NCBI GenBank assembly: GCA_964016885.1
Contig: OZ024755.1
Coordinates: 11,594,001-11,658,000 of the forward strand
Origin: Eledone cirrhosa
Taxonomy: Eukaryota
Length of the DNA: 64,000 bases
Direction: 5' to 3'
The position numbers were made by a program, and so were the translations under genes. A model generated the notes under the pieces. That model was given only the letters and a program-made list of their open reading frames with translations. It searched no databases and was not told the DNA's origin. Shown here one piece after another: positions 48,462 to 62,820 of the stretch (position 1 is the stretch's first letter; each line of letters opens with the position of its first letter).

Positions 48462-48571
48462 TTTAAGGAATTTCACCAGTCCAGCCTCCTGTCACTTTAC
48501 TCAGTAATATATATATATATATATTACTGAGTAAAGTGACAGGAGGCTGGACTGGTGAAATTCCTTAAAGG
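48460..48571. repeat. Perfect 112-bp palindrome centred on (AT)n
   Basis: cctttaaggaatttcaccagtccagcctcctgtcactttactcagtaa-(ta)n-ttactgagtaaagtgacaggaggctggactggtgaaattccttaaagg. Confidence 0.95.
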
Positions 48572-48579
48572 TTTATTAT

Positions 48580-48641
48580 AAACACTATGCACATTTCAAT
48601 GACCGGGCTCTGCAAAAATACGGTGACATCATCAGGTGTTT
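48580..48641 (-). ncRNA. Hammerhead-like motif, family G left arm
   Basis: AAACAC-CUGAUGA-uguc ACCG...CGGU cauu-GAAA-U gugc A-UA-GUGUUU, then auAAUAAA. Confidence 0.65.
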
Positions 48642-48821
48642 CAAAATTTATCTAATAAAGGAATATAATAATGGTAGACACAATCCAAGGACTTGAAGGT
48701 AATCATCCAGACTGGCAACTGCTGGCTCTGGCCGCCTTCAGATCTCAAACATTTCTCTCTACTTTTCAGCCCCTTGGATTGTGTCTACCATTATTATATT
48801 CCTTTATTAGATAAATTTCGT

Positions 48822-48881
48822 AACACCTGATAATCTCACCGGGTTCCTACAGAACCCGGTCATTGAAATATGCATAGTGTT
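48822..48881 (+). ncRNA. Hammerhead-like motif, family G right arm (G8A)
   Basis: AACAC-CUGAUaA-ucuc ACCGGGUUC cuaca GAACCCGGU cauu-GAAA-U augc A-UA-GUGUU. Confidence 0.6.
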
Positions 48882-49159
48882 TATAATAAACCTTTAATGA
48901 ATTTCACCAGTCCAGCCTCCTCTAATTTTACTCAATAATAATTAACTCCGTTCTCGCAACACCAACAAGACTCAACATAAACGAATATGGGTGAGTTGCA
49001 TTATATCGAGTGCTTTTCCTAATATTACATCACGGTTGACTATACGGATGACCAGTTCTATCCAGTGGTGAACCAACAAACCTAAATGAATATATATATA
49101 AGAAGGGATTCTGCAGGTTCTGTCTAGCAAATTCCTCTCATAACACAGGCTAATATAAA

Positions 49160-49232
49160 ACATTCTTGAACAAGGTTCCATAAAGAGGGACTGAAACGAG
49201 AACCACATAGTTCTGAAGTGAACTCCTTACCT
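49160..49232 (-). mobile_element. Fragment of another tRNA-derived SINE family
   Basis: 'cttgaacaaggttccat...gggactgaaac...accacat.gtt.tgaagtgaactccttacc' reads on minus as a degraded tRNA-like head. Recognised from memory of octopus repeats. Confidence 0.4.
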
Positions 49233-49254
49233 ATATGTATATGTATACACACAC

Positions 49255-49290
<36 letters not shown>

Positions 49291-50287
49291 TATTTCAACC
49301 GAAATATATCTGTATCCTCTCTAGTTCCTCTGATGCACCTATCTTCAATTTTTACAGAATTGGTCGTTATATAATCACATCAAACGATTATATATAGAAG
49401 CTTCCTTGCTGAATATCAGAAGAGATAATACGATGGTGTGAAAAGACAGGTGTAAAAGGAAAAGCAACGTGTAATGCAATTGCCACATCCGACTATTGGA
49501 ATGGACATTAAATGGTGTAATTTAGCATAACGTCATTCGTTATTTAGAAAAGGGTGGTGGCATTCTGTACAAGAGATGAACTTATCCAATATTGTATGTT
49601 TTCCTTTCATCGTAATTACAAATTCCTCCCAGGTTATATATTCATGTTGTCCCTCTGCTTACATAGAATATATATTTATTGATAACATTTCTGAATTAGA
49701 AAATATCATAAGAGCTGGCTATTTCATTAAGTATATCAGTGCAGCTTTGGTGGTGTTGCAAGAGTACCATTCTTAAAATTCATTAATCAATAGTTCTAGA
49801 ATTTCTATGTATTCGTTCATGTAATATACCAGTCAGAGATTATTTATATTCGGTAAAATAGGTAGTATTTTATCACGTAAGATCGAGGGACAAATCAAAG
49901 TCTATTTAGAGTTTACGTGACAGAGCCGTTAGGGAGTCAGATACAATGATTCCGTGTTTTTCAAAGCCCACTGCACTCCGAGAGTAAGAAATTACAGCAG
50001 CTAGTGTAGTAATGCGCTAGCTCCAGCACTCAGTCATCAGAAGATGGTAGGTGTAAAAACCAAATTCCTTACTTTCAGTTCTGTGTTCTTGTTTGCTTTA
50101 TCATAAATCTTGGGTAATGAACGAAAGTATACGATCGCAAATACAAACGGCCGAAATAGGGTTCTTCTCAAGGGCTTTTTGAGTAACGTTACACGATTGC
50201 GCGTGTAGTTTCAGATCAGAAAGTTACTCCAGGTAGAGCCGCTTGAGTGCTTTGCAGTTGGTTTGGAAATTCTATATATCTAATATT

Positions 50288-50473
50288 TGTTTATACGTTA
50301 GGCACAAGGCCAGCAATTACCCGGCGTATTACTGGTACTTTATTTTATCGACCCCGTAAGGATGAAAGGCAAAGTTAACCTCAGCGGGATTTGAAATCAG
50401 AATGGCAAGGGCTGTAACTCTATGCGTCAAAGCATGGCGTCCGACCCTCTACCAATACTGCCAATCCACCGCC
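50288..50473 (-). mobile_element. Main SINE copy
   Basis: Full-length reverse-complement match. Confidence 0.9.
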
Positions 50474-50504
50474 ACTATATATCTAATATTGATATCTGTA
50501 TGGA

Positions 50505-50658
50505 TGAGCCCTGGTGTTTTGTAAGAATTTGTGCAACTCATGCCAGCCAAGTGGACTGCAATAACGTAAAATAAATTGTCTTCAAAGACATAGCATACAT
50601 CCGGTCCAGGAATCGAACTTCCGATCATGAACTGAACACCCTATACCACTAAGCCATA
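50505..50658 (-). mobile_element. Second tRNA-derived SINE family, degraded
   Basis: Minus strand has A-box 'tggcttagtgg', B-box 'gttcgattcc', then 'gtctttgaagac...cagtccacttggctggcatgagt'. Confidence 0.6.
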
Positions 50659-50667
50659 TATATATAC

Positions 50668-50712
<45 letters not shown>

Positions 50713-50751
50713 CACAGATATCTCTCACTTGCACACTCACTCTCTCTCTAC

Positions 50752-50841
<90 letters not shown>

Positions 50842-51190
50842 GGGTATGCGTGTGTGGATAGCGTCAGACAAAGATAGATTCATTATGCATACAGGAATAT
50901 GAACACGATTACCCTTTAGATTTATATTATGAATTTCCTTATATTCTAATGAATTCTTTCGACTTCCTTTAGAACAATGCTTCATTAACATGTCTAGATC
51001 TCATATAAGAATTACGTATATCCCATTATCGTATTCTCTTCTCTGGTTGTCAATTGAACCTTTTTATATTCATACAGAGTATCTGTATCAAAGACACATT
51101 GATATACTTCTCTATACAATTTTCACAATAAAAATACTCGCACTATGGATATTAACTTCAGCTTATCATAATTAGTTATTGGTTATTTCT

Positions 51191-51400
51191 TCAAAGATCA
51201 TTCGTCACACATTCTGTGACCTCTTCGATTACTATTTGTTCTTCTTCTCTGAGTATCTTTTTCTTTTGGGGGTTCTTCTCTTTACTCCATCTTGTCATTC
51301 TGTAGTTCGTTTTCTTTTTTCCGCATGTGCCTCAGCTTGTATATTTCACTATTTGTGTCTTCCTATTTCTTTTTCTTTTGCGCCCTATTCTGTCCTCAGT
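51191..51400 (-). mobile_element. Diverged solo remnant of family F
   Basis: The 26-mer ttcgtcacacattctgtgacctcttc at 51201-51226 is identical to 47750-47775. Confidence 0.55.
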
Positions 51401-51446
51401 CGTAAGCGGTGGAACCATGAAGGTTAAGCGGTGGAACCATAAAGAA

Positions 51447-52995
51447 TATAAATATATATAATATATATATATATATAATATAAATATATATAATATATAT
51501 ATATATAATATAAATATATATATATATAATATAAATATATATATATATAATATAAATATATATATATATGATATAAATATAATATATATATGATATAAAT
51601 ATAATATATATATAGTATAAATATAATATATATATAGTATAAATATATATATATATATAGTATAAATATATATATATATATAGTATAAATATATATATAT
51701 ATATATAGTATAAATATATATATATATATATAGTATAAATATATATATATATATATAGTATAAATATATATATATATATAGTATAAATATATATATATAT
51801 ATAGTATAAATATATATATATATAGTATAAATATATATATATATAGTATAAATATATATATATATAGTATAAATATATATATATATAGTATAAATATATA
51901 TATATATAGTATAAATATATATATATATAGTATAAATATATATATATATAGTATAAATATATATATATATAGTATAAATATATATATATATAATATAAAT
52001 ATATATATATATAATATAAATATATATATATATAATATAAATATATATATATATAATATAAATATATATATATATAATATAAATATATATATATATAATA
52101 TAAATATATATATATATAATATAAATATATATATATATAATATAAATATATATATATATAATATAAATATATATATATATAATATAAATATATATATATA
52201 TAATATAAATATATATATATATAATATAAATATATATATATATAATATAAATATATATATATATAATATAAATATATATATATATAATATAAATATATAT
52301 ATATATAATATAAATATATATATATATAATATAAATATATATATATATAATATAAATATATATATATATAATATAAATATATATATATATAATATAAATA
52401 TATATATATATAATATAAATATATATATATATAATATAAATATATATATATATAATATAAATATATATATATATAATATAAATATATATATAATATAAAT
52501 ATATATATAATATAAATATATATATATATAATATAAATATATATATATATATATAATATAAATATATATATATATATATATATAATATAAATATATATAT
52601 ATAATATAAATATATATATATAGTATAAATATATATATATATATAGTATAAATATATATATATATATATATATATAGTATAAATATATATATATATAGTA
52701 TAAATATATATATATATATATAGTATAAATATATATATATATAGTATAAATATATATATATATAGTATAAATATATATATATATAGTATAAATATATATA
52801 TATATAGTATAAATATATATATATATAGTATAAATATATATATATATAATATAAATATATATATATATAATATAAATATATATATATATAATATAAATAT
52901 ATATATATATAATATAAATATATATATATAATATAAATATATATATATAATATAAATATATATATATAATATAAATATATATATATAATATAAAT

Positions 52996-53064
<69 letters not shown>

Positions 53065-54294
53065 ATAAATATATATATAATATAAATATATATAATATAA
53101 ATATATATATAATATAAATATATATATATGATATAAATATATATATAATATAAATATATATAATATAAATATATATATAATATAAATATATATATATGAT
53201 ATAAATATAATATATATATAATATAAATATATATATATATATAATATAAATATATATATATGATATAAATATAATATATATATAATATAAATATAATATA
53301 TATATAATATAAATATATATATATATAATATAAATATATATATATATAATATAAATATATATAAATATAATATATATATAATATAAATATAATATATATA
53401 TAATATAAATATAATATATATAATATAAATATATATATATATAATATAAATATATATAAATATAATATATATATAATATAAATATAATATATATATAATA
53501 TAAATATAATATATATAATATAAATATATATATATAATATAAATATATATATATATAATATAAATATATATATATAATATAAATATATATATATATATAT
53601 ATAATATAAATATACATATATAATATAAATATACATATATATAATATAAATATATATATATATAATATAAATATATATATAAATATATATAATATAAATA
53701 TATATATAAATATATATAATATAAATATATATATAAATAATATAAATATATATATAAATATATATAATATAAATATATATATAATATAAATATATATATA
53801 TAATATAAATATATATATAATATAAATATATATATATAATATAAATATACATATATATAATATAAATATATATATATATAATATAAATATATATATAAAT
53901 ATATATAATATAAATATATATAATATAAATATAAATATATATAATATATATATAAATATATATAATATAAATATATATAAATATATATAAATATATATAA
54001 TATAAATATATATAAATATATATAATATAAATATATATAAATATATATAAATATATATAATATAAATAAATATATATAAATATAAATAAATATATATAAT
54101 ATAAATAAATATATATAATATAAATAATATAAATATATATAATATAAATATATATATAAATATATATAATATAAATATATATATAAATATATATAATATA
54201 AATATATATATAAATATATATAATATAAATATATATATAAATATATATAATATAAATATATATATAAATATATATAATATAAATATATATATAA

Positions 54295-54339
<45 letters not shown>

Positions 54340-54347
54340 TATATATA

Positions 54348-54390
<43 letters not shown>

Positions 54391-54398
54391 TATATATA

Positions 54399-54441
<43 letters not shown>

Positions 54442-54482
54442 TATATATAATATATAATATATATATATAATATATATATATC

Positions 54483-54548
<66 letters not shown>

Positions 54549-54578
54549 ATATATATATATATATAATATATATATAAT
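51447..54578. repeat. 3.1-kb (TA)n array with aatataaat/agtataaat periodic units
   Basis: Read directly from the sequence. Confidence 0.95.
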
Positions 54579-54599
54579 AAGGTTGGCCATCTCAGTTTT

Positions 54600-55360
54600 T
54601 CAGATGCAAACCAGCAATATAATTAAAAGAAAGCAGATAAGGAATATAATTAATAGAAGCAATGGAATTGAAAAGAAAATTAGAAACGCAGCAAGGAATA
54701 ATAGAAATTGCGATACATAAAGTGTGGAAGGTAATCCAAAGCTATATTAGATGGATGGATGGTTTCTTTAAGATACGTCCAAAAGTGGGTCTTTGGGCGA
54801 TTCTTTGGCATTAAACACTAAAATTCCATCATTAGAGCTAAACAATAAACTTTGATACTCATTGGAAGGAATCGAGGTATTTCGAAATTGAAAATGTTCT
54901 TTACAAACGTTGAAGGTTGCCAAATTATGTATTGGGGTGACACAAAGGAACATGATGAAAGTAGATGTTTCGGACCTCAGTTACGACGATGAGAGTTCCT
55001 TTGTAAGATTTACACAAACGCAAAAAACATGAGATACCACAAGCTTGAACTGTCATACTACTACAGCAAGTTCCTTCTCTTCAATTCCAGGCATAATTCC
55101 TATTCATACCAAACGTGACTCTCTTTGTTTCTACGACAATTAACTATATATGTTATACTGTCCTAATTGATCTAAATCCCTCCCATCTTAATGTTATGCA
55201 AGGACCTTTGCTATGTTCAAAACACCAACTTAATAGTACGAAAGTTTGTTGTATTGCCAAATCACTCCAAATTCTTGATTATTTAAAAAATAATTTGCAA
55301 TTATTTAGTGTCTTTCATTAGAAAATTATAAGGAGAGGGTTTTACCAGTGTTACAAAACA
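54600..55360 (+). pseudogene. Possible heavily degraded CR1/L2-like LINE ORF2 fragment
   Basis: Scattered peptides (EIAIHKV, NPKLY, IDLNPS...GP, IAKSLQIL) resemble the pre-RT region of CR1-type ORF2. There are many stops and frameshifts, and the call is by eye only. Confidence 0.3.
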
Positions 55361-55469
55361 GCGATTTAACTCTCTTAATATGTTTCACAGAATGGCTTGA
55401 GAATCTGAAATAATCTAATTTTCTTTAGGAAACCACCTCGCTGTAAACACCTCTCCCTCCCTCTCTCTC

Positions 55470-55526
<57 letters not shown>

Positions 55527-55532
55527 GAGAGT

Positions 55533-55573
<41 letters not shown>

Positions 55574-55778
55574 AGAGAGATTTGCAATACGAATTTGTCT
55601 CTGATTCGCATTACAACTAGTTTCACAGACAGACAGAAGAACACGTCTATTTATTTTGATTGAAAGACTCATTAATGCAGATTTGATTTAATATATAAAT
55701 ACAGAGATTTACCTTCTCGACATATGTTAAGTTCTATTTACTTTCGTTTTCATAACTATACCTTCCTACATACATAAT

Positions 55779-55849
<71 letters not shown>

Positions 55850-55876
55850 TATATATTTATTAAAATAACAGATTAC

Positions 55877-55927
55877 AGTTTAAGCAAAGAATCGCTGCTT
55901 TCGCCCTTAACGGGATTTTCTGAAACT
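55877..55927 (-). ncRNA. Hammerhead-like motif, family H (U4A; G8A in this copy)
   Basis: AGUUU-CAGAAAA-uCCC guuaa GGGc-GAAA-GCA gcgauucuu UGC-UU-AAACU, followed by AATAAA and (TA)n. Confidence 0.55.
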
Positions 55928-56211
55928 AACAAAGTCAATCTGTAAACGCAGAACTGGATATTTCAATATAAATATATATATATATATGTATGTATATGTG
56001 CGTGTTTCGGTGTATTTATATCTGCGTCTATAAAAGTAATATTGTATAATATGTATGTCTGTGTATATATTTACATGTGTTTATATATTCAGTGAGATAG
56101 ACAATGTTTGGGAACAGGATATGTATATTTTTCACACATACTATACAATACCATCTACGTTATTTAACACCCCTCCATCATGACACTACTTTTCTTGTAC
56201 ATTACTTTATA

Positions 56212-56263
<52 letters not shown>

Positions 56264-56469
56264 CTTTATATCATACTGGCACTCTTTCACGTCATAGCTG
56301 GCCACCTCTCCAGTGCATTGTCAAACAAACCGTTGCATAATTTATTGCGAACTTGCCCAAATGCCAGCGGCAAGATATTCAAATTTAAGCAAACCTCTCC
56401 ATCATCAACAAATTTGCTGATATTTCAATTTATAAGTAAGATTGTACAACACTTTACAGTTGCATTGTG

Positions 56470-56940
56470 TCATGGTGTTTGTATTGGTGTTGTAGAGGTG
56501 TGTGTGTAGTATTCTAGTGGTGTGTGTCTGTATGTCTATGGTGTTCGCATTTATGATAGTGTGGTTGATGTTATACTGGTGGTATGTGGTGGTACTGGTG
56601 GTATTGGCTATGAGGTGCAAATGGTGGTGAGTGGTGTTGGCTACATTGTTATTCTGATGAGGTGTAGTTGGATATGCTACTGTACTGGTCGTGTGGGGGT
56701 GTTGGTATTGGCTACGTTATGTTACTGGTGCTGTGTAATATTGGCTGATCTTTTAACAATGATGCAAGGGTTTCTTTACGTTGTTCAAATGATTGTGTAT
56801 GGTGGTAGTGTTCGGGATGTCATACTGGTAGTGTTATGGTGGCGTTAGCCTTAGTGATGTTAAACTGGTGGTCTGATGGTGGTGTTAATGTTATTGATGT
56901 TATACTGGTGGTGGTGGTGTGTGGTGTTCGTATTGGTGTT
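56470..56940. repeat. Degenerate (GGT/GTT)-rich low-complexity region
   Basis: Read directly from the sequence. Confidence 0.6.
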
Positions 56941-57521
56941 AGAAATCTATAGTTTACATATAATGTGTGTGTATACATACACATATATATGTATATATGT
57001 GTGTGTGTGCGTGTATGTGCTTATGAGTTATACACTTAGGGACAGAAAAAAGTGGAGAATCAAACTCTCGAATTCTGACCAAACGCGTTACCAGAACATC
57101 AAATGTCACCTTCAAATGTGTTACTATTTCTTATGTTGTTATGGCTACTAGCTTGTCCAAAATCGAGAAAACTCATTGTTTTCATGACTAGAAAAATAGT
57201 GACCAACAAGGGTGTCAGTATGAGGTAAAACGATTTAGAACGCGAGGTTTGCAGTAAATATGATTTTTTTTCTATATTTAATGATCAAATAGTACGGGAT
57301 AGTTAAGATCTTAACAAAAGTTGACAGATATAGAAATCAAATCCAACAGAGATATCAGTGGTCTCACGAGGTAGAATAATTTAGTATTGCAGAATTATGA
57401 ATAAACATTCTTTTATATCTGTATAATGCATTATATAACGCAATCCCTTATCCGTGGCAAGGCAAATGACATACAATAAACACGTTTTAATGTTAAATCA
57501 TAGATACATATGCATGCATAC

Positions 57522-57573
<52 letters not shown>

Positions 57574-58909
57574 TTATCTATTCATTTATCTAAGTGCAAT
57601 CGTGCATATTTATATGGCACCATCTGAATGTTGATTGTTGCTGCAGAAATTATGTTTAAGCGTAAATAAGAATCGATAATATGATTATCAATTTAAATTG
57701 TTTTATTGTGTAAAGTTAATTCTCCTATTAACCGGGTTAATACGATTGCTTTGAAAAGCCAAGATTTCTTTATTTATTACCATGTTTATTACTTAAAGAA
57801 TGGTTACCTCTATATATGATACGATATATTAACTAGATACACCGTATATGCGATGTTTCAGGCATTTCATTAGAGCAAATCTAATGTTTATTTATAGAGA
57901 TGTTAATTGGTTATGGTAGATCCTCAGTATCTAGAATGAGTTAAATATTACCTCAAGCCAACGAAACACTCGCTAGTTTAGCTGTTCTGCTGCTTACACC
58001 AGTAGTCATTACTAAAAGCTCGATTGACTGTCCTTTCCACAGACACAACAGCCTTACTGACAACGAAACACTCGTCACTTTATCGGTGCTGCTGTTTACA
58101 CCAACGGGATTAACACTTAGACTGAATGATAGTCGTATAGAGACCTTACATTTGGTTGCACGACACATGTCAGGTTTTGAGTTTATGTGCAATTCACAGT
58201 CGAATTAATTCATATAACAATATCTCTATATCGCGCGATCTTCATATTTGCTCTGTGTCTAACAGATTGTACTTGGAGCAGGTTATATTATTTCAGACTA
58301 TATTAAATATTTGCTTTCTGTAGAAACTTAAACCTTTTAATGTGGGACAATTTTTATTGTTTATCAAATATAATGAATTGCACTAACTTCTACGGCCTTA
58401 GCTTGTGGATTCCTCAACCTGGTTTCAATTATAGCTGGCATCATCTATTTTGTATATTTTATATGGTTTAAAATCCCACACCCTCCTGCCAGACGTTGCG
58501 AAGGTAAGAAAGATAGTATCTACTATAGAAAGACCATTGGAAACAGAGATAGATATCCTGGTCTAATATAACGATCAACTCATTTCCTTTTTCCTGTATA
58601 AACTTAACAAGCAGATTAATGTTAAGCATATACTTTATTTCTTTTCAAATATATATTGAATAGCAAGCTTTCAGCTAATAAATTGCTCATCTTCATTTTA
58701 GATATCGTTGAATTATTTAACTTATGCATTTAAAACTCTGGCCCAAATCATAACAGTGTTGCTAACCGCATTCAATTTTCATTGTTTCTCAATGTAAGCT
58801 AAATGTTAATCCTATTTTTCTGCTTACTTTCACAACGATAACTGTCTACCCTTTGCAGTAGTTTAACAACATCCCTTCCCTGTGTAGATGTTTCTGTCGC
58901 TATAAATAT

Positions 58910-59121
58910 TGGTTTCTTATATAAGCACAAGGCCAGTGAGGGGAGGGGAAAGTCGATCAAATCGACCCCAGTGCGTGACTGGTACTTTATTTTATCGACT
59001 CCGGGAGGATGAAAAGCAAAGTTAACCTCGGCAGGATTTGAAATCAGATCATAAAGGGCCGTAACTCTTTGCTGCAAAGCATGGCGTCCGACTCTCTACC
59101 GATACTGCCAATCCACCGCCC
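58910..59121 (-). mobile_element. Main SINE, long-tail variant
   Basis: Reverse-complement match including 'gggaggggaaagtcgatcaaatcgacccc'. Confidence 0.9.
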
Positions 59122-59417
59122 TCTCTGTCTCGATAAATATTGACACAATATATTATACATAGAGAATTTCTGAGAAATACGTTAAAGAAAACATACTAGT
59201 GTCCAAGGTTATTCAATCTATAAGTTGTGAAATGTTACGGTATTGTCAATACTGTATTTGATAACACGGACGAAATAAATTGGGAAATAAGTTTTAGAAT
59301 GTTACAGTCTAATACACAACCAGAGTTGAATTAGCTCTTACTTATAAGATACAAACTCATACTTCTCTAAAATGCTGTTTCATCAACTAAAGGAAATAAC
59401 AGCAACAATAGTAATAA

Positions 59418-59707
59418 TTGTTTCTACTTTTGGCACAAGGCCAGCAATTATCCCAGTGTATTACTGGTGCTTTATTTTATCGACCCCGTAAGGATGAAGG
59501 ACAAAGTTAACCTCGGCAGGATTTGAACTCAGACAATAGTAATAATTATTTCTACTTTTGGCACAAAGCCAGCAATTATCCCAGTACATTACTGGTACTT
59601 TATTTTATCGACCCCGTAAGGATGAAAGGCAAAATTAGCAAGGGCCGTAACTCTATGCGTCAAAGCATGGCGTCCGACCCTCTACTGATACTGCCAATCC
59701 ACCGCCC
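59418..59707 (-). mobile_element. Tandem pair of incomplete main SINE copies (59418-59533; 59548-59707)
   Basis: Both are preceded by 'caatagtaataatt'. The first lacks the 5' head and the second lacks the B-box. Confidence 0.85.
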
Positions 59708-60065
59708 TCTGATTTCTGATTTAGACACAAGGTCAACAATTTTACTCTTCTTTTGTAGCATCTTATTTGCCTCACTCACTCCCTTCCTCCTCTCTGAGAA
59801 TTATGATATTTTTTCCTAAGTTTTTGCGAAAGAAGCAGCTGACTGTTTGGGACTCTTTATTGATTTACTGACAGACATTGTTCGCTGATTGAATGGTCGG
59901 CTGGTTGACTGGCTAGATAGCTAACTAAATGGTTTTCTGACTCAGTACTTGGCTAGCTGGATGGAAGGTTGACTCTTTGTCTGTTTCATTTTTGTTGTTG
60001 TTGTTGTTGGCATCGTGAATTTTTTGTGTTGGCTGTAGTGGTGGTGGCTGCGATGTCGTAGACAT

Positions 60066-60231
60066 TTAGAGGGTCGGACAATAAGCTTCGTGGCATATAG
60101 TTACGATTCTTTACGTTCTGAGTTCAAATCCTGCCGAGGTTAAATTTGCCTTTCATCCTTACGGAGTCGATTAAATAAAGTACCAGTAATGAATTGGGTA
60201 ATTGCTGGCCTTGTGCCAAAAGTAGAAACAA
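60066..60231 (+). mobile_element. Main SINE copy
   Basis: B-box, central domain and tail are present. Confidence 0.85.
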
Positions 60232-61021
60232 TTATTTACCTTTTGACTCTAATTTATATCAGGAGTTGTCGACAATATGATGAATGCTTAGCTCGTACAG
60301 ATTACGACTGCTCTGTTTTGTGTATCATTGTTGTTGTCACACACTGCGATACGATGAATTATCCTGAGAAATTACGTTGAGTCAAGTGACTATGGAACGA
60401 ACAGTTTCTTGCATGTTATTTTCATGAGTAGGCTGTTCCGTTGTTCCAACAATTGGAACACTCATCGATGGAGATCTAACACACACACACACACACACAC
60501 ATACTACATGCCAGCAAATTGGTATATCATCATTGTCATTGTCCGTAATTCCCGAAAGAATCGTACGGGCAACGTATTCACATATGGTGTTTCTAGAGCA
60601 TTTTTAAACATAGCGGAGACTACCTCCTTTCCAGGTTTGAATACAGTAGATTTCTTCCAGAGAAGGATAGAGTGAGTGAGAAATTAATTGAATGGAATGA
60701 TGTAGTAAAAGATAGCCGAGAACTTTTACTAAAATTGCTGGTTAGATATCTCAGAAGAAATGATGGTTTGTAGGAGGTTTGTATGATTGTCTATTTATAA
60801 GGTAAAGTAGTTTGCTTTAATGTCAGGTATGAATGTAACGATGTTAAGGTTGTATGTTACGTTTACGAAATAGAATATTTTGAGGTTACTACTTACTCTA
60901 ACTTTATGGTTGAACTCCTTGAACTGTTTGGTAGGATCATTCGTAAGCTGATCTGCTTGTTGCTCACTTATATTTTAAGAGATCAATAAGCCGTCATCTC
61001 CACACACATACTGACACACTC

Positions 61022-61105
<84 letters not shown>

Positions 61106-61504
61106 GTGTATGTATGTATATATATGTATGTATGTATGTTTATTAGATAAAGAGTATTTGACGTTTTTGATCGGTACGATTAATCTCTTAAATTGTTTAT
61201 TAGTGTTTGAGGTTGTATTGCGAAACTCAGTTTGACTTGATAATTTAAACATTCTTTGTGCATTACTATCGGCAAATTGTACGTTTCCTGAATGGGATTA
61301 CCATATTCTACTTATCCATAGAGACAGCATTTACTATCGTTTCGAGACTAAAACTCCTTATATGATGATATATGAGATAGGTGAATAAAGATTAAAGTTT
61401 ATCCCAATTCTGAAGATTCATCACGTTTCAGCATATCCCAATTTCATTTAAGTTAAGTGACTAGAAATACAAAATTTTGACCCTGAACAGGATACCAGCC
61501 CATC

Positions 61505-61620
61505 ATTGGACCTACCGAATGATAAAAGGCATAGTTGAAATCGGCGGGATTTGAACTCAGAAGCGGAAAAAGCCAAAAGAAGTACCGCCAAGCAGTTGTC
61601 CGTCGTTCTAATGATTCGGC
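61505..61620 (-). mobile_element. Degraded SINE copy
   Basis: 'aaaggcatagttgaaatcggcgggatttgaactcagaa'. Confidence 0.55.
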
Positions 61621-62104
61621 TAAAAAAAAACTTATAGGGTGCAGTGATAATAGAGATAGAGATGAAAAGGTGGGGAGCAGAGGGTTGAGGTACACTAAAG
61701 AGAGAAAAAGGGACAAAGATAAGAGTGAATGTTACGAGAGAGAGAGGGGGGGGGAGAAGAGATACTGGAGATAAAGAAAGGGAAATAGAGAAAGATAGGG
61801 TGGAGAGATAATGGAGACAGTGCAACAGAGAGATGGTTAGGTTGGATTGATACTGGTGATAGAGAATAGGAGAGCGAGAACGATAGGGTGGAGATATACT
61901 GAGCGTGAGAGGGATAGGATGAGTTGATATTGGTGATAGAGAGAGAGGGGGATATGGTTGAGACTTCTTGGAGAGAAAGAGAGAGAGAAGAAAGAAATAC
62001 TGAACATTGAAAAAGAAGAAGAGGAAAGAGAGAGAGAGAGAGGGGGGGGGGGTCGATTGAGGCTCGAGATAGAGAGAGGGAGGGAGATGCTGGATAGATA
62101 TTAC

Positions 62105-62142
<38 letters not shown>

Positions 62143-62534
62143 TATAGATGAGAGAGAGAGAGAGAGAGAGATAAAGAGAGAGAGAGAGCGAGAGAGAGGA
62201 CATATACACGAGAGAGAAGGGGGAGGAGATGCTGCAGATAGACAGTGAGGGAGAGCGAGAAGTGTCTAGAGAGGGAGAAAGCGAGGCTGAAGGAAAAAGA
62301 GAAAAGAAAAATAATTTCTAGCATTTAACCAAGAGATACGGAATATGGAGGAAGTAACAAAGGAAGGAGGAAATTAGGGACCCAATCTAATCTGTTTCTA
62401 CAAAGTCCTTCTTGGTTTCTATGTAATTGCAGCTATGAGCCCTTACATTGCGTAAAGTTAAACCTAGAAATTGAATAACAATCTCCATTTCCCATCTATA
62501 TCTAATATACCCAGATAAAATTACACAAGGCTAT

Positions 62535-62820
62535 ATGTATCTATGTATGCATGCATGCATGCATGTATCTATGCATGTATCTATGTATGCATGTATGCAT
62601 GTGTCTATGTATGTATGTATGTATGTATGTGTCTATGTATGTATGTGTGCATGTATATATGTATGCATGTATATATGTATGTATGTATGTATGCATGCAT
62701 GCATGCATAGATGCATGTATGTATCTATGTATGTATGTATGTATGTATTTAAGTATGTATGTATATGTATGAATGTGTATATATATATATATATATATGT
62801 ATTATGTATGTATACACGTA
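62535..62820. repeat. (TATG/CATG)n tetranucleotide repeat
   Basis: Read directly from the sequence. Confidence 0.9.

Larger units (their letters stand above)
48522..48940. mobile_element. Inverted repeat (about 170-bp arms, 80-nt spacer), putative head-to-head pseudo-LTR pair (family G)
   Basis: 48522-48690 is an imperfect reverse complement of 48772-48940, with a hammerhead-like motif and AATAAA in each arm. Confidence 0.85.

Noticed and set aside
49955-50045. CTGATGA on the minus strand
   Set aside because: No stem II closes onto a GAAA and there is no stem I partner.
57960-58105. Duplication with a period of about 101 bp (similar case at 32203-32350)
   Set aside because: Real but ordinary degenerate local duplications with no further structure.
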